Origin: Centroscyllium fabricii
Taxonomy: Eukaryota
Direction of reading: 5' to 3'
NCBI GenBank assembly: GCA_051313645.2
Contig: JBNRSN020000005.1
Coordinates: 27,280,001-27,344,000 of the forward strand
DNA: 64,000 bases
The first letter of the stretch is position 1, and each line of letters begins with the position of its first letter. Shown here one piece after another: positions 49,473-62,461 of this stretch. The position numbers and the translations under genes are program-made. The notes beneath the pieces were generated by a model. The model made no database searches and had not been told where the DNA came from. It worked only from the letters and a program-made list of their open reading frames with translations.

Positions 49473-51039
49473 TCAAAGAAACAGAATATTAAAGTCGGCT
49501 TCCAATAGTTCCCATGCAAAATAATCTTTGATTTATTTGGAAGTATTTTATACAATACCACACTCGCGGCATTGAACATCTAAGTGTTGAATACAATCTC
49601 ACCCAGAACAATCGACGCGACTCATTCACGCCTGTTCTGTGGCCATGTTACTCCGTTTTCAGGAAACAGGTGAACATCTTGTTTTGAAAGCATCAGCTAA
49701 TCTCCTGCCTCCTTCACCCCACTCCACTCACCCACCTATGGTCAAATTTAGAACCCAGCAGGATGAGCAGTGGCGGGGCAGCTAAGTGCAACACTTGCCC
49801 ATCAAGCATTCCCAGGTCAGGTAATAGACAGTCTACACAGATAGAAAGAAGAATGAAATCCCATCTATATCATGCTTTGCACATCCCCAGAACATCCTGA
49901 AGCACTTTGCAAACAATCTTTGAGGTGCAGTCACTCTTGTTGCAGCCCATTTCTGCACAGTAAGGTCCCACAAAGTGCCATGAGCTCAGTTACCAATGGG
50001 CTTTGGTGGGGAACTCCGTGGTCCTCTTTGAATGCCACCGTGGATCTTTTGCATCCGCCTGAGCAGGTGGACAGGGCCTATTGTTTCATCCAAGGGAGGG
50101 TACCTGCAACAATGCAGCACTTCCTCAGTCCTGCACTCGAGTGTCAGCCTGGAGTAGGGGCTTGAACCCACCAACTTCTGGTTCGGAAGCGAGCATGCCA
50201 TCAATGAGCCAAAGTGGCATGCTCAGCGTGGAACAGATAGGACGCAGTACCACTTCCCCAGATCATCACAGAGGAACAAAGCCTGATCCTGGTCCCAGTA
50301 GACAACGGTTTCAGTTGCTTCACTGCCAACAAGGGAGCAGCTTTAACAGTTGGTGGGGGCTTCTAGCTCATCACAATTATAATTAAGGTTGAATTGTCCT
50401 TGAAGAACATTAACCTTTCTATGACACTAATTAGCTTTTCTGCTAGATTTGGTTTTCTGCATAGATTAAAGAAATATACATATATTCGCATCTGCAGAGG
50501 ACATTATTATATTAAATCTTTCTGATCAATGAACTGACAAATAATTAATGGCCAACAACAAACAATTCATTACTTCTTCTGCTCTTACGTTATTTTGTTT
50601 CCACAAACATGTAATAATTGCAGTGAAGAATCCCAAGAACCGATGCACAATTTGCCTTTGCTAATTGCTGTAGATCATAAAAACTGTATTCAGTGGCGTG
50701 CAATGGATGTCGGCATTAACTGTTGCAGGGGAGAGCAATGAACAGAATTTGTTCATACAGATGTAGAAATTACTGTCTGACTTTATCGTGCCAATTGTTC
50801 ATGCTCTGGTTCCAGATTCCTGTTCCCGCTGTTTTAGCACACCATTTACATTAAGGTGGCAGCGATCGTCAATCGTATCAATGCTCATGTCAACAGCAAA
50901 CCATAACAAACCATTCAGTAAAGCAGTGGCGTGATAACAGATAGCTACGGATGTGTTCATTGGCATGTCTTGGTGCTGTGCTTCAATGATTTGAAGGTTA
51001 CCAGGTATGTGTTGAAGGGTGTCGCTGTAAATTTGGAAA

Positions 51040-51348
51040 GTGAGTGAACGCGAGTGTGTGTGAGACTGTGTGTGCGTGTTTGTGTGAGTGTGTGTGTGTT
51101 TGTGCGAGTGCGTGTGTTTGTGCGAGTGTTTGTGAGTGTGCGTGTTTGTGTGAGTGTGCGAGTCTGTGTGTGTGCGCGTGGGTTTGAGTGTGAGAGTGTG
51201 TGAGTGTGAGCGTGTATGTATATGTGAGTGTGTGTGTGAGTGAGTGAGTGAGAATCATCGAGAGTGCATGAGCATGAGTGAGCATGAGTGTGTGAGTATG
51301 ACTGTGGGCGAGTGTGTGAGAGTGAGGGTGAGAATGTGAGTGTGAGTG
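51040..51348. repeat. Degenerate (TG)n/(GAGT)n microsatellite
   Basis: Direct inspection. Confidence 0.9.
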
Positions 51349-52244
51349 ACGAGGTTTTTCTTCAACCTATCCTCATAACTCCAGCTATCTGGGGGCTCTT
51401 CTCCGCAACATCTCTAGGACTTCAAAGTTTCCCTCGTGTCTTTGACCAGGATGTCAAGGGATATACAAGAACAGATGAGGAAAAAAATGAAGGCTTTTGG
51501 CAGATACAAAGGACTAAAAACAGTGGTGGGAAAAAGTTGGCAAGGGTCACGTCACAGCCGATCCTGATCCTGATCCTTTCCCTGCCTGACGTCTACTCAT
51601 GTACAATTTCCAGCAGGAAGATAGGAACAGGAGGAGGCCATTCAGCCCCTCGAGCCTGTTCCGCCATTCAGTGAGATCACGGCTCATTTGTATCCTCACT
51701 CCATCCATCTGCCTTGGCTCCATGTCATTGGTATTGCTGAGGAATGGGCACTCTAGATGATTTCCCCCCTTAACTCACACATAAGTCCTGTTGACTATAG
51801 TTGCATCAACATGCGAACAATGATAGACAGGCAAAGACCTTCTGGTCCATCGAGCCTGTCCCACACAATTGCGATGCCTTGTGTATCACAATATATACGC
51901 TCCCCACCCCACTGCAAGTAAAATGCACCACCGGGCAAGTGATCGGGGCTATGGGAACGGATGGGTGGATACCGCCCTGCAGGTGGTTGCAGATGGGCGT
52001 GGGGGCCGGGCGCGCCTCGGCCGATGGGTTTTCAACTCTGCCCCGCCCGAGCTTGGCCAATCACAGCCCGGCAGTTGCCTCGCGCTCCGCCCCCTGCCCG
52101 TGCTCGGCCAATCATAGCTCACTCCGGCCGCCGCAACACCTCAGCGTCTCGCAGCAGCCCCAACCAGCAGTGAAGTGAGGGCACATTTCCCAACTCACTT
52201 CACTGTGTCCGCAGCAGAGGGGAACCATTGGGGCTCGGCGGACC

Positions 52245-53220
52245 GGGGAGCATCGGGGGCAGGGGTGGCCGAGCAGCAGCGGGGGTGGCCGAGGGGGGGG
52301 GGGGGCGAGCAGCATTGGGGGCGGGGGGGTCCGAGCAGCATCGGGGGCGGGGGGGCCGAGCAGCATCGGGGGCAGGGGGGGGCGAGCAGCATGGGGGGGG
52401 GGGGGCCGAGCAGCATCGGGGGTGGGGGGGCCGAGCAGCATCGGGGGTGGGGGGGCCGAGCAGCATCGGGTGCGGGGGGGCTGAGCAGCATCGGGGGCAG
52501 GGGGGCCAAGCAGCATCGGGGGTGGGGGGGGGGGGCCGAGCAGCATCGGGGGCGGGGGGCGAGCAGCATGGGGGGGGGGGGCCGAGCAGCATCGGGGGCG
52601 GGGGGGCTGAGCAGCATCGGGGGCGGGGGGGGCCGAGCAGCATCGGGGGCGGGGGGGCTGAGCAGCATCGGGGGCAGGGGGGCCAAGCAGCATCGGGGGC
52701 GGGGGGGGGGGGGCCGAGCAGCATCGGGGGCGGGGGGGGGGGCGAGCAGCATGGGGGGGGGGGGGCCGAGCAGCATCGGGGGCGGGGGGGCTGAGCAGCA
52801 TCGGGGGCGGGGGGGGGGGGGTGCCGAGCAGCATCGGGGGCGGGGGGGGGGGGGCGAGCAGCATCGGGGGCGGGGGGGCTGAGCAGCATCGGGGGCGGGG
52901 GGGGGGGGGGCCGAGCAGCATCGGGGGCGGGGGGGGGGGCGAGCAGCATGGGGGGGGGGCCGAGCAGCATCGGGGGCAGGGGGTGGGCGGAGCAGCATCA
53001 GGGCAGGGGGGGGCCGAGCAGCATCGGGGGCAGGGGGGGGGGGCCGAGCAGCATGGGGGGCCGAGCAGCATGGGGGGTGCTGAGCAGCATCGGGGGCGGG
53101 GGGGGCAGCATCGGGGGGGCCGGGCAGCATGGGGGGTCTCGGCAGGCCAGGCAGCATAGAGGGGGTGCTCGGTAGTCCGGGAAGCATCGAGGGGGTGCTC
53201 GGCAGGCCGGGCAGCATTGG
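52245..53220. repeat. G-rich minisatellite (gagcagcatcgggggcggggggcc)n
   Basis: Dozens of variable-length units grading into a Penelope terminal-repeat fragment at about 53140-53262. Confidence 0.9.
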
Positions 53221-53327
53221 GGAAGAGAGGTGTGGAGTCGACGTTTCGGGTTGGGACCCTTTGAGAGGCGCTGATATTCCTGCTCCTCCGAGTGTCCGAG
53301 CACCGGGTTCAATCGCCTTGTGAGGTT

Positions 53328-53460
53328 CAGGGACACTGACACCCAGAGACCTAATCCAGGGCCACTGGCACCCAGAGACCGAATCCAGGGACACTGGCAC
53401 CCAGAGACCGAATCCAGGGACACTGACACCCAGAGACCGAATCCAGGGACATCCAGGGCA
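53328..53460. repeat. 29-bp tandem repeat, about 4 copies
   Basis: cagggacactg(a/g)cacccagagaccgaatc. Confidence 0.85.
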
Positions 53461-54150
53461 TGACAAAACCGCTTGCCCGCTCGATGATCGAGGCCACGGG
53501 CACAGGTGGGTGCGGATTGGCCAGCGGGTCCAGGCGGCGCGGCAGGGATTGGAGGAGGCGGCGTGTCAATCAGGGGACGGGGCAGCAGTCGGGTTAGGTG
53601 GAGCGGGCTGGTGGCGCGTGGCAAGAGTGGGTCGGTGCCGTCGACCCGCTGAGTTGGAGAGAAAAAACCGGAGCGGCTGCTGGACGAAGGTAGGCGGGGA
53701 GAGAGAGTGAGGGAGCCCGCGGCCTACCGACGCTTCACAGAAAGTTTGGTAAATGAGGGAAGAGTGTTCAGAGTAGAGAGAGAGAGACCCCGGCAGAGAG
53801 GGGCAGAAACCGGGCCAGTGCAACTAAAGGCACAATCACAATCTATGGCTTTATATTGAAGCATTTTAATAAAAATGTAAAATCTTTATTTATTTCTTTA
53901 AAAATTTCGGGCAAGTGAAATTTGTGTTCGGGCAAGTGTTTTAGAAATCCATTTGCCCAACTGGCCAAGTGAAAAAAAAAATTTGTAGCACCCTGAAAGG
54001 TGATCGGGAGTTGGCCTGCAAAGGGCTCACGGCGTGTATTTGGGATATTCCTGCCTTGCAATAATCTGCAATTACATGTCAGTTCCCGTACAAATGTGCC
54101 AAGCTCCATTATATTAAATTGAGCCAATTACCTTTGCTGCATATACTTAC

Positions 54151-54258
54151 CAATTTGAAGATTATCCTTGCAACAAGTCGAGCCATATCAGTTGGAACTT
54201 TAGGACAGGAACTCTTCAAACACTTGCATTCACGCTTGTGGTCTGGCCACGCTAGTTT
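54151..54258 (-). CDS. SMYD3: SMYD3 coding exon (equivalent to mammalian exon 3; end of MYND finger)
   Basis: 108 bp between TTTTGTTCCAG acceptor and GTAAG donor; translates KLAWPDHKRECKCLKSSCPKVPTDMARLVARIIFKL, matching recalled human KKAWPDHKRECKCLKSCKPRYPPDSVRLLGRVVFKL; phase 0/0. Confidence 0.93.
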
Positions 54259-54426
54259 CTGGAACAAAAAAAAACAGATTTAAGCTTAAAATTAAATGGA
54301 CACAATAACACAGATGAATGCTGCAAATCAGAAAGAGACACAGATTAGTCAGCATCTGTAAAGAGAAAACACCTTTCAGTTGAAACCCCTATTGAGAACT
54401 GGTGTAGGCAGCAGAGAATACCCCCA

Positions 54427-55605
54427 GGGAGAGGGGGAGGGGGGAGAGAGGGATAGGTGGGGCGAGGGTTAGAGGGGGGGGGGGAGAGGGAGGGGGAGAG
54501 TGGAAGAAGTGGAAAGAGAGAGGGGGAGGGGGTAGAAGGAGCAGAGGGGAGAGGTGATGGGGAAGGGGAAAGGGGGGAGGGGGAGAGATGGAGAGAGAGG
54601 GGGAGAAGGAGTGAGGGGCAGACGGAGAGAGTGAGAGGGAGAGCGATGGAGAGGGGGAGAGATGGAGAGGGGGAGATATGGGTAAGGGGGAGAGGGAAGG
54701 GGGAGAGGGGTGGGGGAGGGAGAGGCGGAGAGGGGGAGTGGGGGGTAGAGGAAGAGAGGGTGGGGGAAAGGGAGAGGGAGGGGTGGAGGGATGGAGAGGC
54801 GGAGAGAGGGAGGAGGAGGGACAGAGGGAGGGAGGGGGGAAAGGGAGGGAGGGAGAGGCGGAGAGAGGGAGAGAGGGGGAGAGGTAGAGGTGGCGAGGGG
54901 GGAGAGGGGAGAGAGGGGGAGAGAGGGGGAGAGAGGGGAGAGAGGGGGGAGAGGAAGAGGTGGAGACGGGAGGGGGAGAGAGGGAGAGGGGCGAGGGGGA
55001 GAGAGGGAGAGAGAGGGGAGAGCAGGACAGGGGGAGGGAAACACAGAAGATAGGAGCAGGAGTAGGCCATTCGGCCCCTCGAGGCTGCTCCGCCATTTTT
55101 GATGAGATCATGGCTGATCATCCAAACACAGCACCCCCCTCCTACCCTCTCCCCATATCCCCCAACTCCAAGAACTATATCTCACACACACACTCATGGG
55201 CAATTTTTAGTATCTCCAATTCACCTAACCTGCATGTCTTTGGGTGGTGGGAGGAAACCGGAGTACCCGGAGGAAACCCACATGAACACAGGGAGAACAT
55301 GCAAACTCCACGCAGAGAGGTCCCGGGCCAAGCAGGATTTGAGGGGGGAGAGGAGAGAGAGGCGAGGAGAAGAGGAGGGGGAGACGGAGAAAGGGAGGGG
55401 GGAGAGAGGAGAGGGGAAGGGGGGAGAGAGGAGAGGGGAAGGGGGAAGAGAGGAGAGGGGGAGGGGAGGGGGGGGAAGGGTTGAGAGGGGGAGGGTTGAG
55501 AGGGGAGGAGAGGAGGACAGGGGTAGGGGGAGAGGGGGAGGGGTGGAGAGAGGGGAGAGGAGAAATGGGGAGAGGGGGCAGAGGGGGAGGTGGGGGGAGA
55601 GGGCA
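54427..55605. repeat. Polypurine (GA-rich) tracts flanking a minus-strand V-type SINE (about 55040-55320)
   Basis: Direct inspection. Confidence 0.85.
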
Positions 55606-55764
55606 GATGGTCTTAAAAGGTCACCTCAGTTAGATTGTGCAAAGGCAGCAGGGGATTCGAACAACACCAATTCAAAGGGAACATAGTGGAATATAAATGA
55701 AAGAATCCAACCGGGCAAGAAAAAAAGAGAGCGACGATCATAGCACCAAGACAGATGAGCAAAT

Positions 55765-58700
55765 TTGGCTAGGACAAATAAAATTAGAGAATGGAATGCG
55801 TGGCTCAAAGACCGGTGTGGGGGAAATGGGTTTTGCTTCCTGGGACACTGGCACCAGTACTGGGGCAGGAGGGAGCTGTTCCGTTGGGACGGGCTCCACT
55901 TGGCCAGTGCTGGGACCAGAGTCCTGGCGAATCATATAACTGGGGCTGTAGAGAGGGCTTTATAGGTATGATATTGTGGCCATTACAGAAACATGGCTGC
56001 AAGGTGATCAGGACTGGGAGTTAAACATAGAGGGTTACTTGACAATCAGAAAAGACAGACAGGAAAGAAAAGGAGGTGGGGTGGCCTTGTTAATAAAGGA
56101 TGGAATAACTGCAATAGAAAGGAAGGATATTGGGTCAAAGGATCAGGATAGTGAAACAGCTTGGGTACAGATAGAGAATAATAAGGGGAAAAAAACACTA
56201 GTGGGTGTAATCTATAGACCTCCAAATAGTTGTGACTCTGTTGGTCAGAACATAAATCAGCAAATAGTTGAAGCATGTAATAAGGGAACAGCTGTAATCA
56301 TGGGGGACTTTAACTTTCATATTAACTGGGCAAATCAAACTGGGCAGGGTAGACTAGAGGAAGAGTTTATAGAGTGTATTAGGGATGGGTTCTTAGAACA
56401 GTATGTAACTGAACCTACTAGGGGGGAGGCAATCTTGGATCTGGTCCTGTGTAATGAAGCAGGATTAATTAAAAATGTCATAGTTAGGGACCCTCTTGGA
56501 ATGAGTGACCATAATATGGTTGAATTCCATATTCAATTAGAGGGGGAGCAAATTGAAACTCAAACCAGGGTACTTAGTCTAAACAAGGGAGATTATGAAG
56601 GTATGAGAACAGAATTGATTAAAGTAGATTGGGATAACAGACTAAAGAATAAGACGGTACATGAGCAGTGGTGTACTTTTAAGGAGTTAGTGTACAACTT
56701 TCAAGAAAAATACATTCCACTGAAGAAAAAAAGGGGTAAAGGAAAGGACAGCCAACCATGGCTAAGTAAAGTAATAAAGGATAGTATTCGGCTAAAGGCA
56801 AGGGCATATAAGGTAGCCAGATACAGTGGGAAGACAGAAGATTGGGAAGCATTTAAAAGTCAGCAAAAAATAACAGAGATTAATTAAGAAGGGGAAAATA
56901 GATTATGAAAGTAAATTAGCGAAAAATATAAAAACTAATAGCAAGAGTTTTTATAGTTATATAAAAAGAAAAAGGGTGGCTAAGGTGAATGTTGGTCCAT
57001 TGGAGGATGAGACTGGGAATTTGTTGGTGGGGAACATGGAGATGGCAAAAGCATTAAACGAATATTTTGTATCAGTCTTTACTGTAGAAGACATTAAAAA
57101 TATTCCAACGCTGGATAAACAGGGGGCTATAGGAATGGAGGAGCTAAGCACTATTAAGATCACTAAGGAGATGGTATTAGGTAAATTAATGGGACTTAAG
57201 GCGGATAAATCCCCTGGGCCTGATGGATTACATCCTAGGGTCTTGAGAGAAATAGCGGTGGGGATTGTAGATGCATTGGTGATAATTTTCCAAAACTCCC
57301 TGGAGTCAGGAAGGGTCCCGGTGGATTGGAAAATGGCTAATGTAACACCTATATTTAAAAAGGGAAGTAGACAGAAGGCTGGTAACTATAGACCGGTTAG
57401 TCTAACATCTGTGGTGGGTAAAATGTTGGAGACCATTATTAAAGAAACACTGACGGGGCATTTGGATAAACATAACTTAATCGGACAGAGTCAGCATGGT
57501 TTTACGAAGGGGAAGTCATGTTTAACTAATTTGCTCGAATTCTTTGAGGAAGTAACATCTCGGGTGGATAAAGGGGAACTGGTGGATGTGGTATACTTGG
57601 ACTTCCAAAAGGCTTTTGACAAGGTGCCACATAAGAGACTATTGCTTAAAATAAAAAATCACGGGATTGGGGGTAATATATTAGCATGGGTAGAGGATTG
57701 GCTTTCAAACAGGAAGCAGAGAGTTGGGATAAATGGTTCATACTCGGGATGGCAATCGGTGACTAGTGGTGTTCCGCAGGGGTCGGTGCTGGGACCCCAG
57801 CTGTTTACAATCTATATAAATGATTTGGAGGAGGGGACCAAGTGTAATATATCAAAGTTTGCAGATGACACAAAAATGGGAGGAAAAGCAGGGAGTGAGG
57901 AGGACAGAAAAAGCCTGCAAAAGGATATAGATAAGCTAGGTGAGTGGGCAGCGATTTGGCAGATGAAATTTAATACTGGTAAATGTGAAGTTATACATTT
58001 TGGGAAAAAAAATCAAAGAGCAAGTTATTTTCTAAATGGGGAGGAGCTGCGTGGTAATACAACACAAAGGGACCTGGGGGTATTAGTGCATGAATCACAA
58101 AAAGTTAGTATGCAGGTGCAGCAAGAGATTAGGAAGGCCAATGGAGTCTTAGCCTTTATTGCTAGGGGGATAGAGTATAAAAGCAGGGAGGTTTTGCTGC
58201 AGCTGTACACAATATTGGTGAGACCGCATTTGGAATACTGTGTGCAGTTTTGGTGTCCATACTTAAGAAAGGATGTACTTGCTCTGGAGGCAGTGCAAAG
58301 AAGGTTTACACGGTTAATTCCAGGGACGAGGGGGTTGACATATGAGGAAAGGTTAAGTAGGTTGGGACTTTACTCATTAGAGTTCAGAAGAATGAGAGGC
58401 GATCTTATTGAAACGTATAAGATCGTGAGGGGCCGACGTTTCCAATGATCGGGGAGACCAGAACTAGGGGGCATAGTCTTAGAATAAGGGGGGGCTCTTT
58501 TAAAACTGAGATGAGGAGAAACTTCTTCACTCAGAGGGTGGTTAATCTATGGAATTCGCTGCCTCAGGGGGCTGTGGAAGCGGGAACATTAAATAAATTT
58601 AAAACGGAAATAGACTGTTTTTTAGCAGACAAGGGAATTAGGGGTTACGGGGAGCGGGCAGGGAAGTGGACCTGAGCTATTGTTAGTACAGTAAGACCTG

Positions 58701-59055
58701 AGTGATCTCCTGGACAAGTTTCGATCGCCTAGATTGGGGTCGGAGAGGAATTTCCCGGATTTTTTTCCCAAATTGGACCTGGGTTTTTATCCGGTTTTTC
58801 GCCTCTCCCAGGAGATCACATGGTTCTTTGGGTGGGATGAAGGGTGATAGTGGTATGAAGGTTAGGGTAGGATCAGCCATGATCTTATTGGGTGGCGGAG
58901 CGGGCTCGGGGGGCCGATTGGCCTACTCCTGCTCCTATTTCTTGTGTTCTTATGTTCTTATGTTCAGCCATGAATGCATTAAATGGCGGTGCAGGCTCGA
59001 AGGACCGAATGGTCTACTCCTGCACCTATTTTCTATGTTTCTATGTTTCTATGTT
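55765..59055 (+). mobile_element. CR1 LINE: ORF1 esterase remnant and near-complete ORF2 (APE plus RT) with frameshifts
   Basis: DGLHL esterase motif; TETW, GGGVAL, GDFN, SDH; YLDFQKAFD, FADDTK. Confidence 0.93.
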
Positions 59056-59059
59056 TATA

Positions 59060-62057
59060 CTAACTAGTTGGGGGGGGGGGGGGGGGGGGGAGGTTCCTGG
59101 AGAGCAAATAATAAAAATAACAGAGAAGGTCATAGACTTAGGTAGCAGTGGGGAAGTTAAAAACCAGAGCGTGTCAGGAAGGGACAGAAGGTATGGACAA
59201 AAAGGTAAAGTAATAAAAAAGGAAAAAGCAGGAACAAAGTGTCACAAAACATATTTGAAAGTTCTCTATCGGAATGCACATAACATTCGTAACAAAATAG
59301 ACGAGTTAATGGCACAAATAACTACACATGGGTATGATCTTGTGGCCATTATGGAAACATGGCTGCAAGGTGACAATGCCTGGGAATTAAACATACCAGG
59401 CTATTTAACGATCAGGACGGACAGGCAGGAAGGAAGGGGAGGCCGCGTGGCCTAATGGATAAGGCGTCTGACTTCGGTGTGAATTATTCAGTTATCAGAA
59501 GATTGCAGGTTCGAGGCCTGCCCCGGTCTTTTGACCCCTGCCTTGTGGGCATGAGGGCTTGAGACTTTGACCCCTGGCTCGTAGGCAGGAGGGCTTGAAA
59601 CTTTGACCCCTACCTTGTGGGCATTGGGGCTTGCGAGTTTGCCACGGCTCAAGCGCGGTAATGTGGGGGTTTTCTTTTCTTTTGTGAATGTTTTAAGTAA
59701 TGGTGTTTTTTATAATTGGTTTTAAATAAGAGTTCTGGGCAGCTAAAAAAAAGGGGGAGGTGGGGTGGCTATGTTAATAAAGGAAGGAATCACTGTAATA
59801 CAGAGAAATGATATTGGGTCAAAAGATCAGGACAATGAAACAGTTTGGGTGGAGATAAGGAATAATAAGGGGAAAAAACACTAGTGGGCGTAGTCTATAA
59901 GCCTCCGAACAGTTGCAACTCTGTTGGACGGAGTATCAATCAAGAAATAGTCGAGGCTTGTAATAAGGGAACATCTATAATTATGGGGGATTTTAACTAT
60001 CATATAAATTGGACAAATCAAATTGGGCAGGGCTGCCTTGAAGATGAGTTCATTGAGTGCATTAGGGATGGGTTTCTTGAGCAGTATGTAACTGAACCGA
60101 CCAGGGGGCAAGCAACCTTAGATCTGGTCCTGTGTAACGAGACAGGATTAATTAAAAATGTCCTAGTAAAGGATCCCCTTGGAATGAGTGACCATAACAT
60201 GGTTGAATTCCATATTCAATTAGAGGGTGAGAAGGTTGGATCACAAACAAGCGTGCTAAGCTTGAATAAAGGAGACTATGACGGTATGAGAGAGGAATTG
60301 ATTAGAGTGGATTGGGAAAACAGATTAAAGGGTAAGACGATACATAATGAGTGGTGTACATTTAAGGAGTTACTTTACAACTTCCAAAAAATATATACTC
60401 CACTGAGAAGAAAAGGGTGTAAAAGAAAAGACAGCCATCCATGGCTAAGTAAAGAAATTAAGGATAGTATTCGACAGAAAACAAGGGCATATAAGGTAGC
60501 CAAATCTAGTGGGAGGATGCAGGATTGGGAAAACTTTAAAAGACAGCAAAAAACAACAAAAAGATTGATTAAGAAAGGGAAGATAGATTATGAAAGTAAA
60601 TTAGCAAAAAATATAAAAACCAGATAGTATGAGTTTCTATCGTTATATAAAAAGAAAAAGGGTGGCTAAAGTAAATGTAGGTCTCTTAGAGGATGAGACC
60701 AGGAAATTAATGGTGGGAAATATGGAGATGGCAAAAACACTGAATGAATATTTTGTATCAGTCTTTATAAAAGAGGGCACTAAGAATATCCCAACACTGG
60801 ACAAACAGGGGACCAAAGGGGGGGGAGGAGCTAAACACGATCAAAATCACTAAGGAAGTGGTACTTGGTAAAATAATGGGGCGCAAGGCGGATAAATCAC
60901 ATGGATCTGATGGCTTACATCCTAGGGTCTTGAGGGAAGTGGCGGTAGGGATTGTGGATGCATTGGTAATAATTTTCCCAAATTCCCATGACTCAGCAAA
61001 GGTCCCGGCAGACTGGAAACCTACTAATGTAACACCCTTATTTAAGAAGGGCAGTAGACAGAAGGCTGGAAACTATAGACCGGTTAGCCTAACGTCTGTC
61101 GTGGGTAAAATTTTGGAGTCCATTATTAAGGAGACAGTAACAGGACATTTGGATAAACTTAATTTAATAGGACAAAGTCAGCATGGTTTTATGAAGGGGA
61201 AGTCTTGTTTGACAAATTTGTTGGAATTCTTTGAGGAAGTAACATATAGGGTGGATAAAGGGGAACCAATGGACGTAGTGTATTTAGACCTTCAAAAGGC
61301 ATTTGACAAGGTGCCACACAAAAGATTATTGCTTAAAATAAAAAATCACGGAATTGGGGGTAATATTCTGGCATGGATAGAGGACTGGCTATCTAACAGA
61401 AGGCAGAGAGTTGGGATAAATCGGTAATTAGTCGTGTTCCGCAGGGGTCAGTGCTGGGTCCCCAACTCTTTACAATCTATATTAACGATTTGGAGGAGGG
61501 GACCGAGTGTAACATATCAAAGTTTGCAGATGGGAGGGAAAGTAGTGAGTGAGGAGGACATAAAAAACCTGCAAGGGGACATAGACAGGCTAAGTAAGTG
61601 GGCAGAGATTTGGCAGATGGAATACAATACTGGAAAGTGTGAGGTTATGCACTTTGGCAGGAAAAATCGTAGAGCGGGTTATTATGTTAATGGCAAGAAA
61701 CTGGAAAGTACTGTAGTACAAAGGGATCTGGGGGTCCTGGTGCACGAAACTCAAAAGGTTAGTATGCAGGTGCAGCAAGCGATCAAGAAGGCCAAAGGAT
61801 TGTTGGCTTTCATTGCTAGGGGGATAGAATATAAAAATAGGGAGGTATTGCTTCAGTTGTACAAGGTATTGGTGAGACCGCACCTGGAATACTGCGTACA
61901 GTTTTGGTGTCCATACTTAAGAAAGGACATACTTGCTCTCGAGTCAGTACAAAGAAGGTTCACTTGGTTAATCCCAGGGATGAGGGGTTGGACATATCAG
62001 GAGAGGTTGAGTAGATTGGGACTCTACTCATTGGAGTTCAGAAGAATTAGGGGTGAT
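59060..62057 (+). mobile_element. Second CR1 LINE ORF2, disrupted and 3'-truncated
   Basis: Broken ORFs covering APE and RT; interrupted by the tRNA-derived insert. Confidence 0.92.
59441..59529 (+). tRNA. tRNA-Arg(TCG) pseudogene with 16-nt intron at the canonical 37/38 position
   Basis: GGCCGCGTGGCCTAATGGATAAGGCGTCTGACTTCGG [59478-59493] ATCAGAAGATTGCAGGTTCGAG; acceptor-stem mismatch. Confidence 0.85.
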
Positions 62058-62461
62058 CTCTTTTTTTTTATTCATTGATGGGATATGGGCGTCGCTGGCT
62101 GGCTAGACCTGCATTTAGTGCCCATCACTAATTGCCCTCGAGAAGACGGTGGTGAGCCGCCTTCTTGAACCGCTGCAGTCTTATTGTTTTTCGTAGCAGT
62201 TGTTTACAACTGAGTGGCTTGCTGGGCCATTTCAGAGGGCATTAAGAGTCAACCACATTGCTGTGGGTCTGGAGTCAGATGCAGGCCAGACCGGGTAAGG
62301 ACGGCAGATTTCATAGAAATATAGAATCATAGAAGACAGGAGCAGGAGTAGGCCATTCTGCCCTTCGAGCCTGCTCCACCATTCAATGAGATCATGGCTG
62401 ATCATCCAAACCCAGTACCCAATCCCTGCCCGCTCCCCATATCCCTATCGAGCCTGCACCG

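Larger units (their letters stand above)
51913..53995. mobile_element. hAT-like non-autonomous element with composite cargo
   Basis: Right terminus GCACCCTG, left terminus TGCAAGTAAAA lacking its first bases, subterminal GGGCAAGTG repeats at both ends; no TSD recovered. Confidence 0.55.

Noticed and set aside
53268-53325. Signal-peptide-like mini-exon (ALIFLLLRVSEHRVQSP then GTGAG) within the hAT-like cargo
   Set aside because: Too short to assign without a search.
52112-55686. Long Pro/Gly-rich ORFs
   Set aside because: They arise from stop-free minisatellites and polypurine tracts, open in several frames.
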